Assembly: GCA_947626095.1 (NCBI GenBank)
Contig: CANQQV010000009.1
Coordinates: forward strand, 1-64,000
Direction: 5' to 3'
Origin: an uncultured Bacilli bacterium
GTDB lineage: Bacteria; Bacillota_I; Bacilli_A; RF39; UBA660
Length of the DNA stretch: 64,000 bases
In this document: positions 47,883-57,953 of the stretch, piece by piece
Numbering within the stretch: position 1 is the first letter of the stretch
Layout of the letters: each line of letters begins with the position of its first letter
Program-made: the position numbers and the translations under genes
Notes under the pieces: model-generated
Told to the model about the DNA's origin: nothing
The model's input: the letters and a program-made list of their open reading frames with translations, nothing else
Databases searched by the model: none

Positions 47883-49793
47883 TTATTCGTGAGGAATAAT
47901 TATTTCTAGGTATTCATCTTTTAAAGAGATATTACTTGGATGATTCTTATCTTTATTTAGACATTTATTATGAAAATATAAAAGTGATTTTTTAAATTCT
48001 TCAATCATAGTTTCTTTAGAACCATTTAATTCAATATAAGAATTTAAGATTTCGTTTACTAAAGGAATATATTGATTGATTAAGTCTTTAATGACTTCAA
48101 AAGTAAAATTATTAAATTTAATAGATAAAGGATTTTTTGGTTCATTAGGATTAGTAGTCATGTTTTTGAAGTTAATAAAGTCTTCAATTGTTGTTATAAC
48201 TTTTTCTTCGGTAATTTTAGGTAAGATAATTTTAGCTAGAACGCGATAATATGAAACTTCCATTAAAGAGTCAAAATAAGATATAAAATCGAGTTTAGTA
48301 GTTTCATCTATATAACGATTATATAAACCATATACGGAATTATTTAATTGTAAAGAACATTTTAGAGGTGATATAAATAAGTCGTGGAAATGATGATTAG
48401 TAAAAATATGATCTAAAATAGATAATTTAGTAGAAATATTATCAACACTAGCATATAAGTAAATAGATAAAAGATTATTATTTTCTAGTTCACCAGTTAG
48501 TTCGTAATCAAGATTGTTTTCCACACATTTTTTGATATATTCATTAACAACAAATTCAGTTTCAAAGATTGGCCCATTAAAGTTAATAACAATACTATTA
48601 GTAGTTTCAGGTGGATTAAATAAGTTAGTATTTTTTAGGCCAATTATTTTATCAAAGAAATCAAAACATTTTAAAGATTCTTTAATAAATTTATAAAGGT
48701 TTAAAGTCATATTGTATTTTTCCATAATACGAAGTTGAGGGTTTTGTTCAGCTTCATTATCTAAATACATTTTAAAATCTAGTAATTCGTATAGTTCTTC
48801 ACGAGTTAAAGTACTTAAACGACTTACTTCATCTTCACCTAGTAATTTGGTATATGTTGGATTTAGATCATCGTTAGCATAATTATTTAGTTTATCAATT
48901 AGAATACTATATAAACGGTAAGATAAATCAGCAATCATCTTAAGATGATTATAGTCTTTAACTTTGGACTTAGGGACTTTTTCTTTAAAAGTATATTCTT
49001 TAATATCAAAGTAACCGCTAGCATATCTATTAACTATTAAATCATTTAATAAAGAGTCATTATCTAAGATATTAGTTAAATTACTTTTATTTTGATTAGC
49101 TATTTCTTCTTGTTTACGAGTAGAATAGATTTCACGTAAATTTAAATCATATATTTCAGATAAGTATAAAAGAATTTTTAAATATTCAACTTTAGTATCG
49201 TATGGTAATTCAGCTTTAACGATCATATATTGGTTTAACATGTTATCAAAGTAGTTTTCAGTAATTTGTAAACCAAGTTTTTCAATATGAATCTTGATAT
49301 CCTCGATAAATATAAGGGATTCTTTTTGAAGGTCTTTATAATTAACTTTAGCTTTAGTAGATAGTTCTTTTAATGTATTAAATTCATCCACATTGTTATT
49401 TGGTTCTAAGTTATAACGACAGAAACGATAGAATAAATTTGTTTCTTCAACATTATAGTTAGTGTTTTGAGGAGTACTATAGCGTGATAGTTCTTCACGC
49501 AAATTTATATCATATACTTTAGATAAAGTAATAAGTAATTTTAGATATTCAACTTTTTTAGAGTAAGGAAAGGTCTTTTTGTTATTAAGATAGTATTCGA
49601 TCATATCGCAAAAAGAACTAAAGTCAGGATTAAAACCTAGTTCATTAGTTTTGGCTTTAATTTTTTTAGCTAATTCGGCAGCTTTTTTGACAGTTTCAGA
49701 AGAGGTTTGAGCGATAAGTTCGTTGATATTATCTTGATCTGTTTCTTGTTCATCTAAGTAAAATTGGCAAAGTTTTTGAAAATTATTTTCCAT
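47883..49793 (-). CDS. hypothetical protein with duplicated N-terminal module
   Basis: PY..KVEYLK.L..LS..YD.NLRE occurs twice. Confidence 0.7.
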   Translation of the reverse strand: MENNFQKLCQFYLDEQETDQDNINELIAQTSSETVKKAAELAKKIKAKTNELGFNPDFSSFCDMIEYYLNNKKTFPYSKKVEYLKLLITLSKVYDINLREELSRYSTPQNTNYNVEETNLFYRFCRYNLEPNNNVDEFNTLKELSTKAKVNYKDLQKESLIFIEDIKIHIEKLGLQITENYFDNMLNQYMIVKAELPYDTKVEYLKILLYLSEIYDLNLREIYSTRKQEEIANQNKSNLTNILDNDSLLNDLIVNRYASGYFDIKEYTFKEKVPKSKVKDYNHLKMIADLSYRLYSILIDKLNNYANDDLNPTYTKLLGEDEVSRLSTLTREELYELLDFKMYLDNEAEQNPQLRIMEKYNMTLNLYKFIKESLKCFDFFDKIIGLKNTNLFNPPETTNSIVINFNGPIFETEFVVNEYIKKCVENNLDYELTGELENNNLLSIYLYASVDNISTKLSILDHIFTNHHFHDLFISPLKCSLQLNNSVYGLYNRYIDETTKLDFISYFDSLMEVSYYRVLAKIILPKITEEKVITTIEDFINFKNMTTNPNEPKNPLSIKFNNFTFEVIKDLINQYIPLVNEILNSYIELNGSKETMIEEFKKSLLYFHNKCLNKDKNHPSNISLKDEYLEIIIPHE

Positions 49794-49829
49794 ATTCTCA
49801 CCTATTATCAGTATAGCAAAAAAGACAAC

Positions 49830-51527
49830 TTATTTTAAGCTGTCTTTAATATATTCTACAATGTTGTTTACAATATTATCTAGGGAGATATCTTCTTGTT
49901 GACCATTATGACGGTATTTAAGTTCAACTAGGTTTTCAGCAATTTTTTTACCAACTGTTATACGTAAAGGAATACCGATTAAATCCATATCTTTAAATTT
50001 AACACCTGGTCTTTCAGGACGATCATCATAGATAACTTCGATATTATTCTTTTGAAGATCGTGATAAAGTTTTTCAGCAATTTTAGTTTGTTCTTCGTCT
50101 TTCATATCAATTTGGACTAAAGCAACTTGATATGGGGCAATATTCATTGGAAGAATAAGACCAAATTCATCGTTATTCTGTTCAATAATACTGGCTAAAA
50201 CACGACCTGGACCTAGACCATAGCACCCCATAACAACAGGATGTTCAAGATTGTTTTCATCGAGATAAGTTAAACCTAGTTTTTCTGAATATTTAGTGCC
50301 TAGTTTAAAGAGATTACCTATTTCAATACCTTTTTTAAAGTAAATATTGCCACCACATTCTGGACAAATATCATCTTCTTTAACATTGACAATGTCAGCA
50401 GCTAAATCATATTTAAAGTCCTTAAGATTAGCATTGATATAGTGATAACCTTCTTTATTAGCACCACAACAGAAGTTTTTCATTTTTAAGATTTCGTTAT
50501 CGATTATTATTTTAGCTTTTAAATTAATTGGTCCTGTATAACCTGGTACGGCATTACTAGTAGCAATTAGTTCGTCGTTAGCAAAGTTAACTTCTCGGCA
50601 ATTTAATAATTTACATATTTTAGTTTCGTTTAGTTCACGATCACCTCTAATAAAGAAGATAACTAGTTCGTCATTAATATTCATTAGAAGGGCTTTAACT
50701 GATTTTTTGACATCGATATTTAAGTAATGACAAACGTCTTCAATGGTTTCTTGATGTGGTGTTGCAACTAGTTGTAATTCTTTTTCTTTTTCTTGATCAT
50801 TAATTTTAGATAGACATTCGGTTATTTCTAAGTTACTAGAAAAACCACATTTATCACAAAGGACGATGGTATCTTCACCGATATCGGTTAGAGCTTGATA
50901 TTCTTCAGATAAAGTTCCACCCATAGCGCCACAATCTGATTTGACTATTTTATAGTTTATGCCAAGGCGATCATAGATTTTGTTATAGGCTTTTTTCATG
51001 ATATCGTATGAAATATTTAAGTTTTCTTCATCTTTATCAAAAGAGTATGCATCTTTCATAATAAATTCACGAACACGGATTAAACCATAACGTGGACGAG
51101 TTTCATCTCTAAATTTATCAGCTTGTTGATATAAAGTAAAATGTAAATCTTTATAGCTTTTAACCATAGCTTTAGCGGCAATGGTAAATAATTCTTCATG
51201 GGTTGGACCAAGAACTAAGTCTTTATTATATCGATCATGTAAATTAAACATATCATTACCAAAAGCGGTTACACGACCACATTTTTCATAGTATTCACTA
51301 GGAATTAAACTTGGCATTAATAGTTCTTGTGCTCCAGCTTCATCCATTTCTTCTTTAACTATTTTTCTTATTTTATCAAGAGTTCTTAAACCCATTGGTA
51401 AATACATATAAATACCGGCACCTACTTTTTTAATCATTCCACTTCTAACGAGTAGATTACCACTTGTACTTTCTTCATCTTTAGCATTTTCACGTAATGT
51501 AAAGAAATAATTTTGACTTATTTTCAT
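49830..51527 (-). CDS. proS: proline--tRNA ligase (bacterial type, with editing domain)
   Basis: LGPTHEE, KFRDETRPR, REFIMKDAYSF, MGCYG. Confidence 0.97.
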   Translation of the reverse strand: MKISQNYFFTLRENAKDEESTSGNLLVRSGMIKKVGAGIYMYLPMGLRTLDKIRKIVKEEMDEAGAQELLMPSLIPSEYYEKCGRVTAFGNDMFNLHDRYNKDLVLGPTHEELFTIAAKAMVKSYKDLHFTLYQQADKFRDETRPRYGLIRVREFIMKDAYSFDKDEENLNISYDIMKKAYNKIYDRLGINYKIVKSDCGAMGGTLSEEYQALTDIGEDTIVLCDKCGFSSNLEITECLSKINDQEKEKELQLVATPHQETIEDVCHYLNIDVKKSVKALLMNINDELVIFFIRGDRELNETKICKLLNCREVNFANDELIATSNAVPGYTGPINLKAKIIIDNEILKMKNFCCGANKEGYHYINANLKDFKYDLAADIVNVKEDDICPECGGNIYFKKGIEIGNLFKLGTKYSEKLGLTYLDENNLEHPVVMGCYGLGPGRVLASIIEQNNDEFGLILPMNIAPYQVALVQIDMKDEEQTKIAEKLYHDLQKNNIEVIYDDRPERPGVKFKDMDLIGIPLRITVGKKIAENLVELKYRHNGQQEDISLDNIVNNIVEYIKDSLK

Positions 51528-51604
51528 TTTATACCTCCTATTATAATTTTTATTTTATTAATAATATTCGGTCGTTTAGTTAACTTCATTACTAGATCAC
51601 TTCC

Positions 51605-51805
51605 TAAAAGAAAAAGGATGGTACCAAAGGAGTGCTTAAAGCACGGTACCATCCTTATATACTCATTTTGATAACGGATTTATATCCGGAAATATTTTCA
51701 TATTTCATTCATGGGTAGGAATTACATACTATTATTGCTTACTTTCACCTAACTAAGCTCTCTATTAATAAGGAAGTAAATAATTATGTCCCAATCAACA
51801 TGTTC
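51605..51805 (-). promoter_or_regulatory. T-box riboswitch, Pro specifier (CCT)
   Basis: AGAGAG..GGTGAAA, ATTCCTACCC specifier loop, AAGGATGGTACCGTG, terminator with GGTACCATCCTT+U. Confidence 0.85.
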
Positions 51806-51856
51806 ATTGTAATATAAAACAATTACTATTTTTTGTCAAATAGTAATTGTTAATTT

Positions 51857-52261
51857 TTATTGTCCTTGAAAAGGATTTTGTGGAGCAACTGGAGTTTGTT
51901 GCATTGGTTGGGCAGGTGCAGTTGGAGTTGCTGTTGCAGGAGTTGCTGTTGCAGGGGCAGCACCTTGTGCTCCATTAGCACTAGCAGCGACGATTTCTTT
52001 TAATTTTACTTTAAAAGATTTTTCTTCGTCATCGTCTAAGCCCATATGATCAACTCTAACTATTTGATTATGATCAAATAATAATGTTTGATCAGAACTT
52101 AATGATCCTTCTGGAAATAAAACACCTGAGTAATCAAATATACGATTTGGATTATTAGCGTCCATAGTGCAAAAACCATTTATCATTACTCTCTTTGTTC
52201 CGTTTTGTAATAAGACAACTGTTCCGACAGGCAGATATTTTTCTCTTATTTGTCCATTCAT
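51857..52261 (-). CDS. DUF4176 domain protein with Pro/Ala/Thr tail
   Basis: LPVGTVVLL..KRVMI.G..FDYSGVLFPEG..FDH.QI. Confidence 0.85.
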   Translation of the reverse strand: MNGQIREKYLPVGTVVLLQNGTKRVMINGFCTMDANNPNRIFDYSGVLFPEGSLSSDQTLLFDHNQIVRVDHMGLDDDEEKSFKVKLKEIVAASANGAQGAAPATATPATATPTAPAQPMQQTPVAPQNPFQGQ

Positions 52262-52334
52262 TTTAATCTTCCCTTCTCTTTTTACTCTATAAAAATTATA
52301 TAATATTTATTTAATAATGTCTATGTTTATTTTA

Positions 52335-54473
52335 CTATTCTATGCCAATTTCTTTTAAAGCAGTCACTAATTCTTGGGTTGAAACTGTACCACGATACGC
52401 TTTTTTTACTTCGCCATCTTTAATTAGGTAAATGGCTGGTAGTTCTTCACAGGTTGGATTTTCAGTAACTGGATCATTAGTACTTGGTGTAGTACCAGCA
52501 TCTGGAGTAGTAACTGGAGTTAATTGACACTTGTATTGAACATCTTTAACAGCTTCTTTAAAATCGTCGTTTACATCTAGGTAACTTAGATAGTTACTGT
52601 AGAAGTCTAATTCTGTTTGGGCATCTATTAAAGACTCAAGCAAATTATATGCATCAACATTTGAGTAACTAGAATAATAAGTGCTACCTACATATAAGAC
52701 GCTAGCTTTAGTATTCTTTAATATTTTTATGGCATCATCAGCACCACGTAATTCATTCATATTAATATAATTTAGATTTAATGATTCTTTTTCTAGTTCA
52801 GTAATACCAGAACCGATTATTTTATTTAAAGTTTCATCTTCTTCAACTATATCTTTTAATGAATCAACTACCTCTTCAGCAGATATAGAATTAGAGTCAA
52901 CAACTTTACTTGTATCAATATCTGGTATACTTCCTGATGATATTTCATAATCGCCAGATACTTCAATATATTCATCATTAAAGCTAACTCTTACTTTATA
53001 ATCACCTTTAATAGATTTTTTGTCTTCTTCTTTACTTAGATATACAGATAATTTAAATTTTTGACCTGCACTTTCAATTGAAAGATCAAAATCAACTAGT
53101 TTATCAGACATTTCTCTAATTGTACCAGAAGCAATCTTCTCACCATTTAATTTAACATTAAAGCTAATTTCTTTTTTGTTTTCTTCAAAGGTAGCAACTA
53201 GTTTAATTTTTTCTGAATCTATTTTTGAATGATTATTAATTATGAATTCAGATTTTTTATCATCTTTATAGAAAGATAAATATTCTTTTTCATCAACTTC
53301 TACACTAAATCCTACACATGAATTTATTAGACCTTTAGTCCAGATATTGATAACTATATCATCTTCCATTTGAATGTCTTTGGCAGAGTCTTTAAGTGAT
53401 TTTAATGCTTCTTTAACATCGCCTTTTTCAATATTCATTGTATCGGCGAATGTTTTTAAGAAATCATCATCATTTAATAATTCATCGCAGATAACAGTAA
53501 TCATATCTTCTAGGGCTTGTTCGTCTAAGGTAAGACTATTTTTGGTTGCAGAAACGCTCTTACCATCAACTTCAAATTTACCACTTGATTTTTTCAAGTT
53601 TTTACTGTCAATAGATTTGTTAATCGCTTTATTAATTTTATCAACTATTTTATCATAGCTTTTTGGATCGTAATCTTTCATTTGCTCATTTAACATCGCA
53701 AATGCTTCTTTAATTTCAGTAAAATCAACTTCTTCACTATCTATTTTAACTACTTTGTCATAGAAAGTTGTATCTAAGTAAGCATTTTTATCTTGATAGA
53801 TAGCTTTAACACCTAAAGTGTTTTTATCGCCTTTAACACTTCCACCAACATATAACCTTTCTTGGTTAATATCGATTCCTAATTCGGCAGCAATAGTCAT
53901 TTTCTTAAGTAGTTCTAAGTCAGCCTCACTTGATTCTACATTTGTATCAAATTTAAGACTACCCTTCATATTAAGACTATTACTTGATAGGTCGAATTTT
54001 TCATTAAATTCATCATAATCATCTAAAGCATTATTAAAAGCTTTAAAGGCATTATTAATTTGACCTTTAAAAACAGCTTTTGGTGATGATGTTGCGACTT
54101 TAGTGGCAATACCAGCAATTAAAGCAACGACCACTACGACAGCAATGATAATTGGTGCGGGACCGAAAGCTTTAGCTTTAGGAGTTGGATTATTAACATC
54201 TCCATAACCTTTAGCGATTGGCATTTGATTATTAATAGGCATATTGTTATTTAGATTGGCCATAGGATCACTAATAGGAGTACTGTTATTAAAATTTTCT
54301 ACTGGAGTTTGTCCAACTGAAGGAACAGGACTAGTTGGGGCGATTGTTGGAGTAACTTCAACATTAGTTGGATTTACTGGTTGAACTGTTGAATCTACAG
54401 GATTGTTATTGATTGGAGTTGGAGTTTGATTTTCAGGAGTTACTGGAGATTCATTATTTACTTCATTATTCAT
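52335..54473 (-). CDS. membrane-anchored protein, Pro/Asn-rich N-terminus
   Basis: Low-complexity N-terminus, one TM helix, large beta-rich domain; similar to 55782-57845. Confidence 0.75.
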   Translation of the reverse strand: MNNEVNNESPVTPENQTPTPINNNPVDSTVQPVNPTNVEVTPTIAPTSPVPSVGQTPVENFNNSTPISDPMANLNNNMPINNQMPIAKGYGDVNNPTPKAKAFGPAPIIIAVVVVVALIAGIATKVATSSPKAVFKGQINNAFKAFNNALDDYDEFNEKFDLSSNSLNMKGSLKFDTNVESSEADLELLKKMTIAAELGIDINQERLYVGGSVKGDKNTLGVKAIYQDKNAYLDTTFYDKVVKIDSEEVDFTEIKEAFAMLNEQMKDYDPKSYDKIVDKINKAINKSIDSKNLKKSSGKFEVDGKSVSATKNSLTLDEQALEDMITVICDELLNDDDFLKTFADTMNIEKGDVKEALKSLKDSAKDIQMEDDIVINIWTKGLINSCVGFSVEVDEKEYLSFYKDDKKSEFIINNHSKIDSEKIKLVATFEENKKEISFNVKLNGEKIASGTIREMSDKLVDFDLSIESAGQKFKLSVYLSKEEDKKSIKGDYKVRVSFNDEYIEVSGDYEISSGSIPDIDTSKVVDSNSISAEEVVDSLKDIVEEDETLNKIIGSGITELEKESLNLNYINMNELRGADDAIKILKNTKASVLYVGSTYYSSYSNVDAYNLLESLIDAQTELDFYSNYLSYLDVNDDFKEAVKDVQYKCQLTPVTTPDAGTTPSTNDPVTENPTCEELPAIYLIKDGEVKKAYRGTVSTQELVTALKEIGIE

Positions 54474-54573
54474 ATTAACTTCTAACCTCTTTCTACTTTT
54501 ATCATTATAGCATAAGTATTTGAAATTCGGAATAAAAATTATCTTTGTTCATATTTTTTAATAAGGTGATTTT

Positions 54574-55710
54574 GTGAAAAAACTATTATTTGTTTTATGT
54601 ACTCTATTTGTTTTACAAACAGTTAAGGCATTATCTTTAACCCAATATAGTAAAGCTAGTATTATGATTGAACCAACTACTAATACTATTATCTATGAAA
54701 ATAACAAGGATGAACAATTAGCCCCAGCTTCAATGACCAAGATGATGACCTTGCTTATAATAATGGAACATGTTGATGAGGGAAAAATTAAATTAGATGA
54801 TATGGTAACAATTAGTAAAAATGCAGCTAGTATGGGTGGTAGCCAAGTATTCTTACAGGAAAATATGCAGATATCGGTAGCACAACTTATAAAGGGAATA
54901 GCAATTGCGAGTGGAAATGATGCGGCGGTGGCAATGGCGGAACATATTGCCGGAAGTACAGATGAATTTGTCAAAATGATGAATGATAAGGTTAGAGAGT
55001 TAGGACTTAAGAATACGCATTTTGAAAATGTACATGGTTTAGACAGTGAAAATCATTATTCTTCAGTTTATGACATGAGCCAAATTGCGCGAGAACTATT
55101 AAAGCATAAAGATATTTTAAATTATACGTCGTTATACGAAGATTACTTAGTTAAACCTGATGGAACTAAGACGTGGTTAGTTAATACAAATAAATTAGTT
55201 AGATTTTATCCAGGAGTTGATGGTTTAAAAACAGGATATACGAAAAATGCTTTATATTGTCTTACAGCGACAGCAATGAAGAATAATATTAGATTTATTA
55301 CAGTTACAATGGGAGTTGATACCTCTGAACATCGTAGTGTTGATACAACGAGTATGCTTAATTATGGATTTACTAATTACAAACTAAATACAATTTTAAA
55401 AGCTAATGATATTTTGGGAGAGATAGAAGTAAAAAAAGGAAGACAAAGTAGAGGATCTTTTAGTGTTTTAGAGGATGTTACAGATTTAATAAAACAAAAT
55501 GAAAAGAAAAGTTATACGTATAATATTGAAAAGTATAAGGTAGTTGCACCAATTAATAAGGGAGATGTGGTAGGAAATTTAGAAATTATCGATAATACAG
55601 GGAAAGTGGTTAAGAATGTTAATCTAGTTATAAATGAGAATATTAAAAAACATAATTTGGGAAGTATGTTTTGGGATATTTATAAAAAAGTGGTACATGG
55701 ATATATTTAA
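54574..55710 (+). CDS. dacF: D-alanyl-D-alanine carboxypeptidase (S11)
   Basis: PASMTK, SGND, WLVNTNKLVRFYPGVDGLKTG. Confidence 0.88.
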   Translation: MKKLLFVLCTLFVLQTVKALSLTQYSKASIMIEPTTNTIIYENNKDEQLAPASMTKMMTLLIIMEHVDEGKIKLDDMVTISKNAASMGGSQVFLQENMQISVAQLIKGIAIASGNDAAVAMAEHIAGSTDEFVKMMNDKVRELGLKNTHFENVHGLDSENHYSSVYDMSQIARELLKHKDILNYTSLYEDYLVKPDGTKTWLVNTNKLVRFYPGVDGLKTGYTKNALYCLTATAMKNNIRFITVTMGVDTSEHRSVDTTSMLNYGFTNYKLNTILKANDILGEIEVKKGRQSRGSFSVLEDVTDLIKQNEKKSYTYNIEKYKVVAPINKGDVVGNLEIIDNTGKVVKNVNLVINENIKKHNLGSMFWDIYKKVVHGYI

Positions 55711-55781
55711 TTGATGTATTTATTAAAATCTTTGTGTTATAATTTATTATAGATAAATTAATAATAAGGAAGAAGTGAGTT

Positions 55782-57845
55782 TTGATGAACGAACAAAATA
55801 ATAATGTATTAGGTTCTAATACAACACCTAATACACCAATGCCTAATCCTAATCCGGTGGAATCTCCTTCCGTTATGGAAAATATTAATACGATTCAACC
55901 AGGAGTTGTTCCAAGTACAAATGGAACTCCAGCTGTTACACCAACAGCTACACCACAATCTACGCAGGCTCCAGTACAACAACTTGGACAACAAGTAGCA
56001 GTAACGCCAACACCTACTCCACAGCCAACACAAGTAACACCAACGGTTGTTCAAGCGAATACTTCTACTCCTACACCAGTTGCTCCTGTACAACCTGCAC
56101 AAGTACCAGCACCGACACCAAGTGTAATTCCACAAACAAATTCTGTAGCACCTACACCTACTCCGGTAGTTACACAACAGGAACCTGCTAGCCAAGAACA
56201 ATTGCCACAATATAATCCAAATCCTACAGAAGGAAATGGTGGAATAACAAATGCTAGTAATGGAGTATATGGACCTAGTAAACCTATGAGTAGTGATGCT
56301 GATTTAACAAATGTTGGTTTTGTAGCAGCTAGTGAATCTTTACCTAAGAAAAAAAGTAAATTACCTTTAATATTAGCTTTAATAATTTTAGTAGTATTAG
56401 GAATTGTTGGTTATTTTGTTGTTTATCCTTATGTTTTAAAAACATTCTTTAATGATCCAAAAAATGTTTATTCAGCAACAATTGATGGAGCTTTTAAAAG
56501 TCTTAATACAACAATTAATGAAGTAGCGCATGATAAAGCAATATATGATATAGAATTATCTTTTGATTCTAATTTAGAAGCAGTAAAACCTTATTCAGGA
56601 TACAAATATGGTGTTAATTTTGGAATAGATCCTAATAAGAAAAATTTACAATTAGGTTATTCAATTAAAACACCAGCTAATATAGAGTATAGTGCTTACT
56701 CATATATTAAGGATAATAAAAATTATGAAAGATACTCTACCTATATGGACGCTAATGGTAAGATAGGTCTTATATATACAGGAGAAGCAGATACAGAACA
56801 AGTTAATGATTTATTTTCTTCTTTTAAAGAATTAATAGATAATTATAGTAATGTTAATAATGAAGATTTAACATATTTAACTAATAAAGTTGCAGAAATA
56901 CTTATTAATAGTATAGACGAAAGCAAATTATCTAAAGAAGATGCTAGTATTACATTAAATGGTGATACTTTAAAAGTTACAAATAATAAATATGTATTAG
57001 ATTTAGATAATAAAAGAAGAACAGTTAAATATGTTCTTGATGAATTAAAAAAAGATGATAAAGCTATGGAAATAATAGCTAAAATGACTGAAATAAGTAA
57101 AGAAGAAATTATTAAAGCATTAGATATTAATGTTGATGAATTAATTACAGATGATGATACATTATATATTAGTATTTATACTTATGGTAATAAGAATTCA
57201 ATTGTTGGTTATGCGTTAACTGATGAAAAAGAAGAAATTGAATTATATTATCATTCTAAAGATGAAAATTATTTTGAAGCTTATTTATATACAGTAAATG
57301 AAAATGATTTAACTGGTAAAAGAGAAGAAGATAAATTAAGTATTAAAGGTGTTAATAATGCTGATGGTCATAAGATTACAATAACAAGTAATGATGAAGA
57401 AATTGCTGTTCTTGATGTAAAAACTTGGGAAAAGGATAACATTGAATTTGATTATACAATAAAGGATGAGAATGGCGATTTAACTGGTACAATTAAATAT
57501 AATAAAGATGTTAATGACGATCGTTTAAAATTAAATTTTGAATTTTCTATTAGGGTATCTAAAGAAGAAAATTTAAGTATTAGTTTATCTTTATTAGAAG
57601 ATTGGTCAAGTGAAGTTGCTAATATTAATACTTCAGCGACTGGTAATGTGGTTACCTTAGATGAAGCGCAACTTGCTGAAGTAAGAAATAAATTTAATAC
57701 GGAATTAATGAATAATACACCATTAGGAACTTTATTCCAGACGGTTTCTGGTTTATATAGTCCAGATATAGAAGATTATTATAATCCTATTGAACTTCCT
57801 GCAGAAAATGGAGATATTACAGTAGATAATAATACAGGTATTTAA
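55782..57845 (+). CDS. membrane-anchored protein, Pro/Thr/Gln-rich N-terminus
   Basis: PTPT/QPV low-complexity region, one TM helix; paralog-like to 52335-54473. Confidence 0.75.
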   Translation: MMNEQNNNVLGSNTTPNTPMPNPNPVESPSVMENINTIQPGVVPSTNGTPAVTPTATPQSTQAPVQQLGQQVAVTPTPTPQPTQVTPTVVQANTSTPTPVAPVQPAQVPAPTPSVIPQTNSVAPTPTPVVTQQEPASQEQLPQYNPNPTEGNGGITNASNGVYGPSKPMSSDADLTNVGFVAASESLPKKKSKLPLILALIILVVLGIVGYFVVYPYVLKTFFNDPKNVYSATIDGAFKSLNTTINEVAHDKAIYDIELSFDSNLEAVKPYSGYKYGVNFGIDPNKKNLQLGYSIKTPANIEYSAYSYIKDNKNYERYSTYMDANGKIGLIYTGEADTEQVNDLFSSFKELIDNYSNVNNEDLTYLTNKVAEILINSIDESKLSKEDASITLNGDTLKVTNNKYVLDLDNKRRTVKYVLDELKKDDKAMEIIAKMTEISKEEIIKALDINVDELITDDDTLYISIYTYGNKNSIVGYALTDEKEEIELYYHSKDENYFEAYLYTVNENDLTGKREEDKLSIKGVNNADGHKITITSNDEEIAVLDVKTWEKDNIEFDYTIKDENGDLTGTIKYNKDVNDDRLKLNFEFSIRVSKEENLSISLSLLEDWSSEVANINTSATGNVVTLDEAQLAEVRNKFNTELMNNTPLGTLFQTVSGLYSPDIEDYYNPIELPAENGDITVDNNTGI

Positions 57846-57870
57846 AATTTTCTAAGAACATAAGCTAAAT

Positions 57871-57949
57871 GAGAGTATATTTTATTGGGAGATTAGAATA
57901 TACTCTTTTTTTGGTCATAAAAAAACTAGATGTTCAAACATCTAGTTTT
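57871..57949. terminator. convergent intrinsic terminators (55782 gene and pnp)
   Basis: AGAGTATATT..AATATACTCT+T run; AAAACTAGATGT-TCAA-ACATCTAGTTTT. Confidence 0.75.
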
Positions 57950-57953
57950 ATGA

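Noticed and set aside
55800-56230. Pro/Thr-rich quasi-repeats as a DNA repeat array
   Set aside because: Explained by low-complexity protein coding; no regular unit or spacers
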